From assembly GCA_951406725.2 (NCBI GenBank), contig OX597818.1:46996001-47060000 (forward strand): 64,000 bases of DNA, read 5' to 3'. Both the position numbers and the translations under genes were made by a program. The notes below the pieces were generated by a model. The model searched no databases, was not told where the DNA came from, and was given only the letters and a program-made list of their open reading frames with translations. Numbering within the stretch: position 1 is the first letter of the stretch; every line of letters begins with the position of its first letter. Of this stretch, positions 51,883-64,000 are shown piece by piece. Source of the DNA: Octopus vulgaris (lineage: Eukaryota).

Positions 51883-53311
51883 TCATTATCAGTCGCGGCG
51901 GCGTTGTTTAACGTCTGCTTTCCATGCTGGCATGGGTTGGATGGTCTGACTGAGGGCTAGCAACCCAGATGGCTGTGCCAGGCTCCAATCTGATCTGACA
52001 GAGTTTCTACAGCTGGATGCCCTTCCTAATGCCAACCACTCCAAGAATATAATGAGTGCTTTTTACGTGCCACCGGCACGGCATTGACCATGCTGGAATG
52101 GTGCTTTTAACATGCCAAGGGCATGGGAGCCAGTTAGGCGGCACTGGCAATGATCATGCTCGAATATATAATTGTTAAGGAAGACGACAAATATTAAGGC
52201 AAGAAAAACATCTCAAGTCATATACATTATTATTATTGGAAAAAAAAATCCAAGTCTTACAGCTGTTTCTGGGATATCCCAGAGAATGGGATATTCCATC
52301 ATCAGAGACAAATAGGGAAAATGAGAAGGGTATAGATTTATGAAACTACGACATAGAGGACAGGAATAAAGAGATGAAAAAGAAGCATAAAAGTTCACAG
52401 TTCTTGTAGAAATAAATCCATAAGTCTCGGAGTTCAATCCTGCAGGAATCCATGTAGGTTAAATCCCCTAATATTTAATTCTAACTCCTACTCTTAAATA
52501 ATTTAACATTCAACTAGTTTCTCCATTCACAACTACCAACACACCCATAACCCCATTGCTAAAAATAACTCAACAGCCACTGACCTTAGCCAGAATGGAC
52601 ACAAGTATTTGCTACTAGATTTCCTCTCCAACCCCTATAGACGAGAAGAATGTCACTGGCACCTACTATTCTCTTTAAATTTCTTTCATTTTACTCTATT
52701 TTTTTTTTTTTCGTTATCTTCCTTTACTTTCTCCTGCTCTCTTTTATCTTCTTGGTTATCTTTGTATACTATGTTCTTAGACACTATATTTTCTTATACA
52801 CCTTACTTTATCTTTAACGCCAATCCTTAACTGATTGCAGCCCTCCCGTGATATCTGGCTTCGTGCAGCTCTCGGCGAACAGTTTTTGTGGAAACTGGGT
52901 TCTCGAGGTGGTCATTAGGCTCTGCAGTAATTTTGGGAGGTGTACTTTTGTGATCGAACAGGTTAATTTGGTTTTTCATAAAAGATAACCTACCTTTCTA
53001 CATTATCAGCTATCAATTCAAAGTAACGCAATATTACTTATCAAAAAATGTACACAGGATAGGTAATATTTACACACTGGAAGGCGGCGAGCAGAATCGT
53101 TACTAAGCCAGACAACATGCTTAGCGGCATTTCGTACGTCTACTTTACATTTCAGCCTTTCGGAGTTGATAAAATAAGTAACAATTAAACACTGGGATGG
53201 ATGTAATCGACTTACGTCCTCACCCAAAATTGCTGGCTTTGTTCCAAAATTTGAAATCACTATTTACGTACTAGTGGTACCAGTGGAAAACCCATGGGTG
53301 TTAAATATTTT

Positions 53312-53701
53312 GGATCTTTTTGGTTTGAATGGCAGTTTTTAAAAATAATTTCCACGTAACTAAACACTTTTAAACTTCGTATACTGGTAGAATGTGTTTA
53401 TAAAACATCTTTTTCTCTTGGCTTTATTGAGAAAATTCTATAGTTTGTAAGATATTTGTTGTTTTTTTCCTGCAATTTCTGCAATTTCAACCAATCATTG
53501 ACGTCTGTTGAGGTGAAAATGTCCCTTGTTTAAGAAACAGATTGGGTTTATTTACATTTCAGAAGAAAAAAAATACCTTTCTCCCACCCCTAACCCTAAA
53601 ACAGATTGAAATGCAATAGATCGATACTAGGGTCATAATTATGGGTGACAATTTCACATGACACCGCTAGAAAAAAACTGTCGTTCAAACCGAAAAGATC
53701 C
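53312..53701. mobile_element. GGATC-terminated MITE, 8-bp TSD (Merlin-like)
   Basis: TIR GGATCTTTT.GGTTTGAA; perfect TSD aatatttt; second copy at 60375-60786. Confidence 0.8.
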
Positions 53702-54095
53702 AATATTTTTCGTCTCCAGTTTTCACCGAAAGTTTTTTTCCCTACAAAATGAAATTACTGAGGAACGAAAGCTAATGAATAGAAAGAAAAAAAAACTAAT
53801 GAACTACAGAGGACCGCCTCGCTATTATAAAAGCATCTAGTGTGAAGTTGTCATTAAAGTTGGTTCCATCAAAATATACTGATAGCATTCCTAATCAGCG
53901 TAAACAAAGCATGATTATTAACTAAGTGTACCGGATACTTTTTAGAAGATAAGCAAGTACTGGAGACAATTATTTCCTTGTAAAACATCCTTCTTCGTCT
54001 CTACTATTCTATTTATTCCCCCATCCACCTCGCAAGCACTTTCATTTTTTTTTTAAATACTTAAAACCTCCACATGTGACAAGATAAGATAAATA

Positions 54096-54770
54096 CAGTA
54101 ATGCCTCGATATACGAGTTAATTTACCGCTCGTAAAGAGAAAACTGGAAAACAGAGCAATAATTTCACATACTTCGTAAAGCAGAGCAATAATTTCCAGT
54201 AGTAGCAATGATATAAATTGTAATTCGTTCCTAGAAAAATATTTTATCGATTAAATTTATAATACTCGTAAATAAATGGCAATAAAACAACAGTAGAATG
54301 TGAAGTAAAAAGAATGTAAATTAAAAGAATCATTTATAATAAAATGGTAATCGTTTTCTGAATCACTTTCCCTCGCATTAGACTCGCGCACACCCCTTGT
54401 AGATGCTATCGCCGATTCAAAAGCACTTGTGCACGGACTTATAAATTTTTTTCTAAAAAACAAGTCTAGAGTTCTCAGACACAACAGAATATGCTTCAAC
54501 ACACGAACTCACACAAAGAATCTTGCAAACCAAATCCCAAAACGAAATAAGTCTAGAGTTGTTTACTTAGAAAAAGCTTTTTTCGCCCTCGATAAATTTC
54601 TCGGTAACATGCAGAAGTATTTGTTATGGTAGCAGAATCTTGTGCCCTTCGTTCAGAGTTTGGTTCTTGTGCTTCAAAAATTTCAGCTCACCATACAAAA
54701 GTGAGCTGAAAAATAAGACTCGTAAACCCGGGTCCCGTAAAGCGGACCCTCGTAAAGCGAGGTAATTCCG
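54096..54770. mobile_element. Tc1/mariner Tigger-like MITE
   Basis: TA-CAGTAATGCCTCGATATACGAG ... CTCGTAAAGCGAGGT imperfect TIRs. Confidence 0.5.
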
Positions 54771-54966
54771 CACTTGCATTTTCTTAGGTTCCTGAAAACG
54801 AAAAAGTACGCAGTTTTGCAGGTAATAACTTGCGGCAAGCAGTGTTTAACAGGATTAATTGGATATATTCGTTTCTAAAGATAAAAGATAATAACAATCT
54901 TTTCTACAACAGGCATAAAGACCTGAAATTACGTCGACCCCTGTGCTCAACTGGTACTTGTTGCAA

Positions 54967-55200
54967 GGCGGCGAGCTGGCAGAACGGTTAGCACGCCGGG
55001 CGAAATGCGTAGCCGTAATTCGTCTGCCGGTACGTTCTGAGTTCAAATTCCGCCGAGGTCGACTTTGCTTTTCATCCTTTCGGGGTCGATTAAATAAGTA
55101 CCAGTTACGCACTGGGTCGATATTGTCGACCTAATCCATTTGTCCGTCCTTGTTTGTCCACTCTGTTTTTAGCCCCTTGTGGGTAATAAAGAAATAGGTA
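54967..55200 (+). mobile_element. tRNA-derived SINE family 2; other copies ~9357-9561, ~34845-35000, ~43159-43567, ~47311-47522, ~62510-62727 (all -)
   Basis: GGCGGCGAGCTGGCAGAA...GAGTTCAAATTCCGCCGAGGTCGACTTTGC; the 47.3-kb copy is flanked by a target-site duplication (ggtcctc..gtattatc). Confidence 0.75.
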
Positions 55201-57808
55201 CTTGTTTCATCCCTTCAATTATGAAGGGATGAAAGGTAAAGTCTACCTCGACGGAATTTGAATTCAAAACGTATAGATTGCCAAGCACCATTGTCACGTA
55301 ATAATAATAAAAATCACACGCATTCAAGATTTGGCTGAGTGATCTGTTAGTGTTAAGTTCAAATATGGTAAAGTATTATTGAAGCCAATTGCGTTTGATA
55401 CACATGTCAAACGAACAGGGGGAAGAGCGAGAGAGAATGTGTGAAAGAGAGAGAGAGACGAAGTAATAGAGTGAATGAGAGACACGAGGGAGAGGGAGAA
55501 ATTGCTGATACCCGGCATTAATAACTGGAGGGCCAATACACCGTGTGACATCATACTATCATCTGAGTAATTCATCTCAAGTATGCTAATATGCTAATTT
55601 TCGCGTCTACTCATACACGGCATTGCACATCCATACATTGGTTCCCTCATTATTTGGCTGCTAATACATTGAGGCCTTATGCTTCGCTGACGAGGTCTAA
55701 TAAGACTGAAATATACCCAGGCCTGTGACACGTATTTGCAGAAATGCTTAAAATAATATTTAGCAATTAAGTTTTGTTAATGTTATCTTCTCCTCATCTC
55801 ATGCAAGCATTTCTAATTCGGCGTTTTGAAGCTAATTACATTAAATAAGCTAATGCTAATGCGAATTTTAACTATTAAGGAGTGTAAAGTTTTGGTAGTT
55901 TATTTCCGGTTTACTTTCTGCGCATGTGCCAACAACTACAACTGTCAACCGTTGTTTCGCGACGTTCAGCTCCGTCGGTGATGAGGAGTACACCAAGTTG
56001 AAGACGGGATGATAGTTTTTACAAGTTATCACAGCATCATGCAAGGTAAAACTCACATAAATTTTGGCTCTACTCACATCTCTTTCGTGCGAAACATGCA
56101 CTGCACTCTAAATTCTGACAAGAAATTAAAAACGACGATAATTTTTAAACAGCATCTCATTCATAACAAGGGATTCATTTGCATTGGTTAAACGATGTTT
56201 GGAACAGATTAGGGGAGCATCTGTAATCTTTTTTCTTTTTCTCATGTATGAGTGTGTGTGTGTTTTGTATTTTCGCCTTGTGACTGAGATTTTATTCAGA
56301 TCAACTCTATTCGCTATGTAAGTAATATATCCTTGCATGCATTTGTTATGCCTCATTGTATTATCTATTTCCCCCCCACATCTCCTTATAGCCGTGTATT
56401 TGAGAAATCACACCATGGGTGTAAAGACACATACATTATATATATATATATATATATCTATATCTATAAAATAATATGTTACATTACTCGATAGTCAAGA
56501 TAAAACTCTGAGTTTCAGATGCCGAAGTGGGAATCCACAACACCATCTCTTCGGTTATCTGGCTATCTTTCCTCTATTTACATAATGTTGAGGTCTCTTT
56601 CTTTCTTTTGTTATCTTACCGTTTTACCAATATATATATTATATTATATTATATTTACGGTTGAGTACATCTGCAAATGCCAAAGAAAAACGCAAAAGTT
56701 TTCCCCGTTGCTTTTTCAGTTATTAAATTGGATACTTAGGTGACTCCTGTTAATTAAATATTCCCAGTGTGAAATATCCTCTGTTGACTCAGAGAATAGA
56801 TTTTCATATATTAAATACATTGTTATTAGAAGAACGATCACAAAAGATATTGACAAAATACACCTTATTTGTATTGGTTGTATGTAATGAAAGATCTGAA
56901 TTTATATTTTGACAGGCACATTGTCACATAGATATTATGTGTGTGTACAAACACACATATATATACAAACCCGACTGAAAATTTGTGTATATGCATACAT
57001 CACGCACAATACATTTACAAGAAAAGTGGTCTGTCTCCACTATTTTTGTAAATATATAATAAATATATAGTCTACAAAAAGTATTGAGTAAATCCTTCAG
57101 TTTAATGTTAAATTGTATTAATTATAACATTAGGTAAAAAAAAACAAAAACATTACGTTATCTATATATCCACCGAAATGTACAATATTATATATCAATT
57201 ACGGGCGTAATGAACATGTATCTATCTATCTATCCATCTGTCTGGAAGTGTACAGTATTATATATCAATTACGGGTGTAATGGACATGTATGTATGTATG
57301 TATCTATCTATCTATCTATCCATCTATCTGGAAGTGTACAGTATTATATATCAATTACGGGCGTACTGGACATGCATGTATGTATGTATCTATCTATCCA
57401 TCTATCTGGAAGTGTACACTATTATATATCCATAATGGTCATAATGGATATATAATAGACCCTTTAGTTTGACCATATAACACTGTATATACTTCGATTA
57501 ATATACTTATGGACTCTTAGACGGCACACACACACGTATACTATACACATGTATAGACTACTTCCATTTTCGCTTTTTGTCTTCGTTCGCATCTAGGATG
57601 TTCTATAAAAATATTACATCGACACTACGACTTGTACATTATTTTATCAACCTGTCGGAGGTGATGATCTCGGCAGGATTTGAACTTAGAACGTGCAAAA
57701 GCAACTGAATGGAGACGTCAGTTGTGTGTGTGTATAAACATGAATCTATGTATACATATGTATGTGCGCATATATATATATATGTGTGTGTGTGTTTACG
57801 CATGTATG

Positions 57809-57847
<39 letters not shown>

Positions 57848-58369
57848 ATGTTCTTTTATTCTTTTACCTGTTTCAGTCATTTGACTGCAGCCATGCTGGA
57901 GTACTGCCTTAAATCGAACAAATCGGCCCCAGGACTTATTTGTAAGTCTAGTACTTAATCTATCGGTCTGTTTTGCCGAACCGCTACATTACGAGGACGT
58001 AAATACACCAGCATATCGGTTGTCAAGCGATGGATGATCGATAAACGAAGGCACATGCATACACACACACACATATATATACTATAGGCTTCTTTCAGTT
58101 TCCGTCTACCAAATCCACTCACAAGGTTTTGGTCGGTCCAAGGCTATAATAGAAGACACTTTCCCAACGTGTCACGCAGTGAGACTGAACCCGGAACCAT
58201 GTGATTGGTAAGCAGAAATTATACAAAATATATTAGTAGATGATGAGTAAAGCATTGGCTCAGTTTGGATTACCTGTTGTTATCCATAGATTTATTACAG
58301 GAACTTCTAAGTGGTAGTTGAGGTAACAGTATTAATAAATTAGATGAAATAAAAGATTTTATTGAGTAC

Positions 58370-59155
58370 ATACATACACATATACGTATGTATATGTATA
58401 TGTATGTATATCTATATGTATGTGTATGTATATCTATATGTGTGTGTGTGTGTATATATATCATCATCATCATCATTTAGCGTCCGCTTTCCATGCTAGC
58501 ATGGGTTGGACGGTTCTACTGGGGTCTGTGAAGCCAGAAGGCTTCATCAGGCCCAATGTTTATATATATATATCTATGTATATATGTATGTATGTTTATA
58601 TATATCTATGTATATATGTATGTATATTTATATGTATCCATATATGTGTGTATATATATATGTGTGTGTGTATGTGTATATATATGTATATATATATGTG
58701 TATATATCTATATGTATGTAGGTGTATATATATCTATATGTATGTGTGTATATATCTATCTATATGTATGTATGTGTGTGTATGTACATCTATATGTATG
58801 TATGTGTGTGTATATATATGTGTGTGTGTGTGTGTGTATTTAGGTGTATATATATGTGTGTGTGTGTATATATATGTGTCAATATATGTATGCGTCTATA
58901 TATATATGTATGTGTGTATATATATACATATGCATGTGTATATATATATATGTGCATATATATATGTGTATATATATATATATGTGCATATATATATGTG
59001 TATATATATATATATGTATTATATATATATGTGTGTATGTGTATATATATATATATGTGTATGTATGTGTATATATATATGTATATATATATGTGTGTAT
59101 GTGTATATATATATATATGTATATATATATGTATATATATATGTATATATGTATG

Positions 59156-59202
<47 letters not shown>

Positions 59203-59223
59203 ATATATATATATGTATGTATG

Positions 59224-59256
<33 letters not shown>

Positions 59257-59349
59257 GTATGTATATATATATATATGTATGTATGTATATATATATGTAT
59301 GTATGTATATATATATGTATGTATGTATATATATATGTATATATGTATG

Positions 59350-59381
<32 letters not shown>

Positions 59382-59519
59382 TGTATATATGTATGTATGT
59401 ATATATGTATGTATGTATATATATATGTATATATGTATGTATGTATATATATATGTATATATGTATGTATGTATATATATATGTATATATGTATGTATGT
59501 ATATATATATATGTATGTA

Positions 59520-59552
<33 letters not shown>

Positions 59553-59745
59553 ATATATATATATAAATGGCGGTGCCCCAGCATGGCCACAGCTCATTAG
59601 CTGAAACTGGAAAATCAAAATCAAAATCATATGTATATATGTATGTATATATATATGTGTGTGTATGTATGTATGTATGTATGTATGTATATATATATAT
59701 ATATATATATATACACAATGTATGTCTGTATATACGTATGTATAT
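58370..59745. repeat. Long compound (TA)n/(TG)n/(TATG)n microsatellite
   Basis: Visible directly; source of the spurious YICM-rich ORFs. Confidence 0.97.
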
Positions 59746-60276
59746 GTCGCCATTGATTGTTTTAAGATTTGTGTGGTGTTATCCTTATATTTACTTCGTT
59801 TAATTTCCACCTGGATTAGTAATTAAGTGTGTGACTAAGTCGGAAGCCATGTGAAAGAAAACCTAATTACAACTCTTGATTTAATGTTTATTACAGATCT
59901 ATTATTATTGTTTCAAATAATTTAAAATCGTGGAATGCACGAAACATACTATATCGGAATATGCAACAAACAGTACTATGGATTTGCGCTGTTGTGTTTA
60001 TATAGTTCTCGTATGATTGAATAGTCTTCTGTGGTTAATGTGGTCATACATTGTATCAGCAGTGTTCTGTTGTCGATAATTTAAGTTCAAGGAATATACA
60101 TTCATGGCATAGCATTCTGCATATAATTTGTAGAATCTCCTGGTAAACAGATTACATTTCAATCGGCATATCTGAAGTCGAAACTCAAAGTTTTACTTCG
60201 TCTTGGGTTGTAAACACGCACGTCCACACATACACACACACACACCTCTCTCTCAGTATGTGACTATTCTGAAATA

Positions 60277-60972
60277 GGCATTCCTTCGATATAACTCGAC
60301 AAAATCAAAACATTTCACTCCAGGTATTTCCATGGGTTGTGAAGTATAGATATAACGAAATTATGCCAGCAATGGGATCTTTTCGGTTTGACCGGCAGTT
60401 TTTAAAAATAATTTCCACGTAAACTAAACACTTTTAAGCTTCGTATACTGGTAGAATGTGTTTATAAAACATCGTTTTCTCTTGGTTTTATTGAGAAAAT
60501 TCTATAGTTTCTAAGATATTTGTTTTTTTTTTCTTCAATTTCTGCAATTTCAACCAATCAATGACGTCTATTGAGGTGAAAACATTCTGTGCCATATGAA
60601 TATGTCCCTCGTTTAAGAAACAGATTGGGGTTATTTACATTTCTGAAGAAAATAAGATACCCTTCCTCCCACCCCTAACCCTAAAATAGATTGAAATGCA
60701 ATAGATCGATATTAGGGTCATAATTATGGGTGACAATTTCATATGACACCGCTAGAAAAAAACTGCCGTTCAAACCGAAAAGATCCCGGCAATGTCTCAT
60801 TTTAAACTTTAAGAAAAAAAAGCCTTGCATATTTGTTCTTACCTGTTTCATGTGTGTGTATGTAAAATCCGCAAATTTCCAAACAGAAAACAGAATCGAA
60901 CTGTCATTTGCTTCCATGGAGATACCCGAAGTGAAATGTTTTGATTTTATCGAGTTATATCGAAAGAATGCC
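60277..60972. mobile_element. GGCAT-terminated MITE (8-bp TSD) with a nested GGATC MITE (60375-60786)
   Basis: ~60-bp TIRs, perfect TSD ctgaaata; inner element TSD cagcaatg / cggcaatg. Confidence 0.82.
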
Positions 60973-61186
60973 CTGAAATATTATTTAGCAATACTTCGAT
61001 ATTGGTATACGACATAGATGAAAAGGCTAGACACGACTGCAAAAGAGACTGAATCACGTTGTCTCCTCATACCGACACTTTGTAGACCAATATCGAAAGA
61101 GAAGCAATGAAAATAATAGAGCTAGTAGATGTTGCATTCCCATCAAAGGGACTCTGAAAATGGTTTAATTATGCATCTATTTAACG

Positions 61187-61405
61187 CAGTGCTTTTCAAC
61201 CTTTTTGCTGGAGCGGAACCCCAAGGAAACATTCCACAGGCTCGAGAAACCCCTGTACAATAATTTAATAGTCTTATGCACACATATCTGCACAGGAGAA
61301 TTAAAAACTACTGCCGATTTTAGCAGCTTTGTAACTTCTTGCGGAACCCCTGGGCTGTACTGGCGGAACCCTAAGGTTCCGTGGAACCCTGGTTGAAAAC
61401 CACTG
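61187..61405. mobile_element. hAT/Charlie-like MITE
   Basis: CAGTG.TTTTCAACC...GGTTGAAAACCACTG; perfect TSD atttaacg. Confidence 0.8.
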
Positions 61406-62002
61406 ATTTAACGTAACAATTATCACTTACAAAATATTTCTTTCAAAACTTAAAAAAGTGCTCTCGTTTCAGTTATTAGCTTTTTAAATATTATACACGC
61501 ACACACACACATATGTGAAATCGACATTGAACAAAATTCGATGACAGGCACCCGTGCCAATGGAGCGCTAACAGCTCCATCTGAGCGGGATCACTGCCAG
61601 AGCAGCTGTCTGGCTTCCGTGCCAGTGGGAACGTAAAAAGCACCATTTGAGCGTGATCGTTACCAGCGTCGCCTCACTGGCACTTGTGCTGGTGGCATGT
61701 GAACAAAATATTCGAGCGAGGTTGTTGCCAGTACCACTGGACTGGCTCCTGTGCAGGTGGCACTTAAAAAACACCATTTCGAGTGAGGTCGTTGCCAGTA
61801 CTGACAGACTGGCCCTCGTACAGGTGGCATGTAAAAGCACCCTCTACACTCTCGGAGTGGTTGGCATTAGGAAAGGCATCCAGCTGTAGAAACTCTGCCA
61901 GATCAGATTGGAGCCTGGCTCAGCCATCTGGTTCGCCAGTCCTCAGTCAAATCGTCCAATCCATGCTAGCATGGAAAACAGACATTAAAAAGATGATGAT
62001 GA

Positions 62003-62036
<34 letters not shown>

Positions 62037-62940
62037 TCAAGTTAAATATATTGTCGTGAGGGAAGGTTGCGTAGGTGAATGACGTCGTGCACCAGTGTCG
62101 AAAGACTGCTCATTGTTGTTATTTACCTCTAGATAAGACTTAATCTGTTACAAAGACTTTTCTGTTATGACTCTTTTCCTGTTCTTATGCAGGGCATTCA
62201 AAACCTCATTATCCATGGTATTTCTTTTAAAGACGTATCCACACCTTTACATTGACGTGTTTACCAGTTACAGTATTTATAGGAGCAATAAAATGCATTT
62301 ATTTTTTCATTGAACTGCTTGTACAAAAAGAAAATTATTTGTATATATCATGGCTACCCTGAGAACTTATGGCTGCAATATTTAAAAGTTCAGTAAATCA
62401 AAATAACTAATTTTAGTAATCTATGTCAAAAGAGTTGCCGAAACCAAAGGACATGGACGCACATGTTAGTTTTCATGAATAGGGGAGTTCTCAATATATA
62501 TTTTTTTTACTACCCACGAGGGGCTAAACACAGAGGGGACAAACAAGGACAGACAAAGGGATTAAGTCAATTACATTGACCCCAGTGCTTAACTGGTACT
62601 TAATTTATTGACCCTGAAAGGATGAAAGGCAAAGTTGACCTTGGCGGAATTTGAACATGGAATGTAACGACAGACAAAATACGGCTACGCATTTCACCTG
62701 GCGTGCTAACGATTCTGCCAGTTCGCCAAAGAGGTAGAGTTGTCAAAAATTCAAACGAACTCCTAGTTTAACCTAGATCTACACATCACAAACTAACACA
62801 AATGTATATCCTGTTTCTCTCTGACACTCTGTATTCAAATTTCACTCTGAAAGGTGGTGTCTGTACATATGTAGGCTCTCTCTTTCACCTGGATGTCAGC
62901 AATCAATATTTCCTAAGTCTGTTGCTTCCACTCCTACAAA

Positions 62941-63499
62941 TACGAGGGTAAGTCAAAAAGTAATGCCATTTTGTTTACGACAGGTATAGTTACCAACACA
63001 GGAACATGTATCATACATCAAAATGAAGCTCGTCCTCTGTGGATCACATCCCTACTTCTCAACATAGTCACTGTTCCTCTCAATAGCAATGTTCCGCCTT
63101 TGAATGAGAGCATGTATCCCTGCCTGTAAAATTCTGTTGGCTGTTCTTTGAGCCACTTCTTCACCACCTCCACACTCACCAGATTTAGCGCCTCCAGACT
63201 ATCATCTTTTTGGCGCCATGAAAGAGAGTTTGAGAGGCAAACATTATTCGAGTGATGAGGAAGTGAAAACTGGAGTGAAGAAGTGGCTAAAAGAACAGTC
63301 AACAGAATTTTACGGGGCAGGGATAAATGCTCTCATTCGAAGGTGGAACATTGCTATTGACAGAAACAATGACTATGTTGAAAAGCAGGGATGTGCTCCA
63401 CAGAGGACCAGCTTCATTTTGATGTATGATACATGTTCCTGTGTTGGTAATTATACCTGTCCTAAACAAAATGGCATTACTTTTTGACTCACCCTTTTA
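62941..63499. mobile_element. Palindromic mariner derivative built from two transposon 3' ends
   Basis: TA-CGAGGGTAAGTCAAAAAGTAATGCCA TIR; central SPDLAPPDYHLF mariner motif followed by the C-terminal transposase ORF 63218-63487; the left ~225 bp are the reverse complement of the right ~225 bp. Confidence 0.85.
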
Positions 63500-64000
63500 C
63501 CTCTGTTTTCCTTGTCATTTTTCAAACTCTTCCAACTAGTACCACTCTTTGACCACATCTCTTGCTTCATCAAAGACATCTAACATGTAACTCAGTGGTT
63601 CTCAACTGGGGTCCATCTGACCCTTGGATGTTTGTATGAAATTTAGTTATTAAAATTTATGTGCAATAAATCAGTTGTACTTTTACAATACACAAAATAT
63701 TTTAACAATTTTTTTATACAATCCCTAATAGGCGTAGGAGTGGCTGTGTTGTAAGTAGCTTGCTTAACAACCACATGGTTCCGGGTTCAGCCCCACTGTG
63801 TGGCATCTTGGGCAAGTGTCTTCTACTATAGCCTCGGGCCAACCAAAGCCTTGTGAGTGGATTTGGTAGACAGAAACTGAAAGAAGCCCGTCGTATGTGT
63901 GTATGTTTGTCTCCCCCAACATTGCTTGACAATCAATGCTGGTGTGTCTACATCCCTGTAACTTAGCGGTTTGGCAAAAGTGACCAATAGAATAAGTACT

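Noticed and set aside
58420-59810. ORFs of 240-394 aa on both strands
   Set aside because: Artefacts of the TA/TG microsatellite, which lacks stop codons

Overview
AT-rich, repeat-dense eukaryotic DNA with an octopus-like repeat landscape (RTE-LINE 3' tails ending in (GAT)n, tRNA-derived SINEs, MITEs, long TA/TG microsatellites). Two spliced genes converge tail-to-tail: NF-YA (+ strand, 8 coding exons, 2851-15523, 428 aa) and ribosomal protein RPL27A/uL15 (- strand, 5 coding exons, 36042-20810, 149 aa, TOP/TCT-like start). The main observation is the 11.3-kb third intron of RPL27A. It holds, in host-sense orientation, 10 full-length copies, one truncated copy and several decayed copies of a ~127-131-nt element with box H/ACA snoRNA architecture (hairpin - ACATCA H box - hairpin - ACA+3 nt). 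The copies fall into at least four sub-types, arose by local block duplication and an ~870-bp tandem repeat, and carry guide pockets matching conserved 18S rRNA sites. A decayed piggyBac transposase lies inside the array. From 36.2 kb to the end the window is mostly transposon-derived, with no confidently supported gene.
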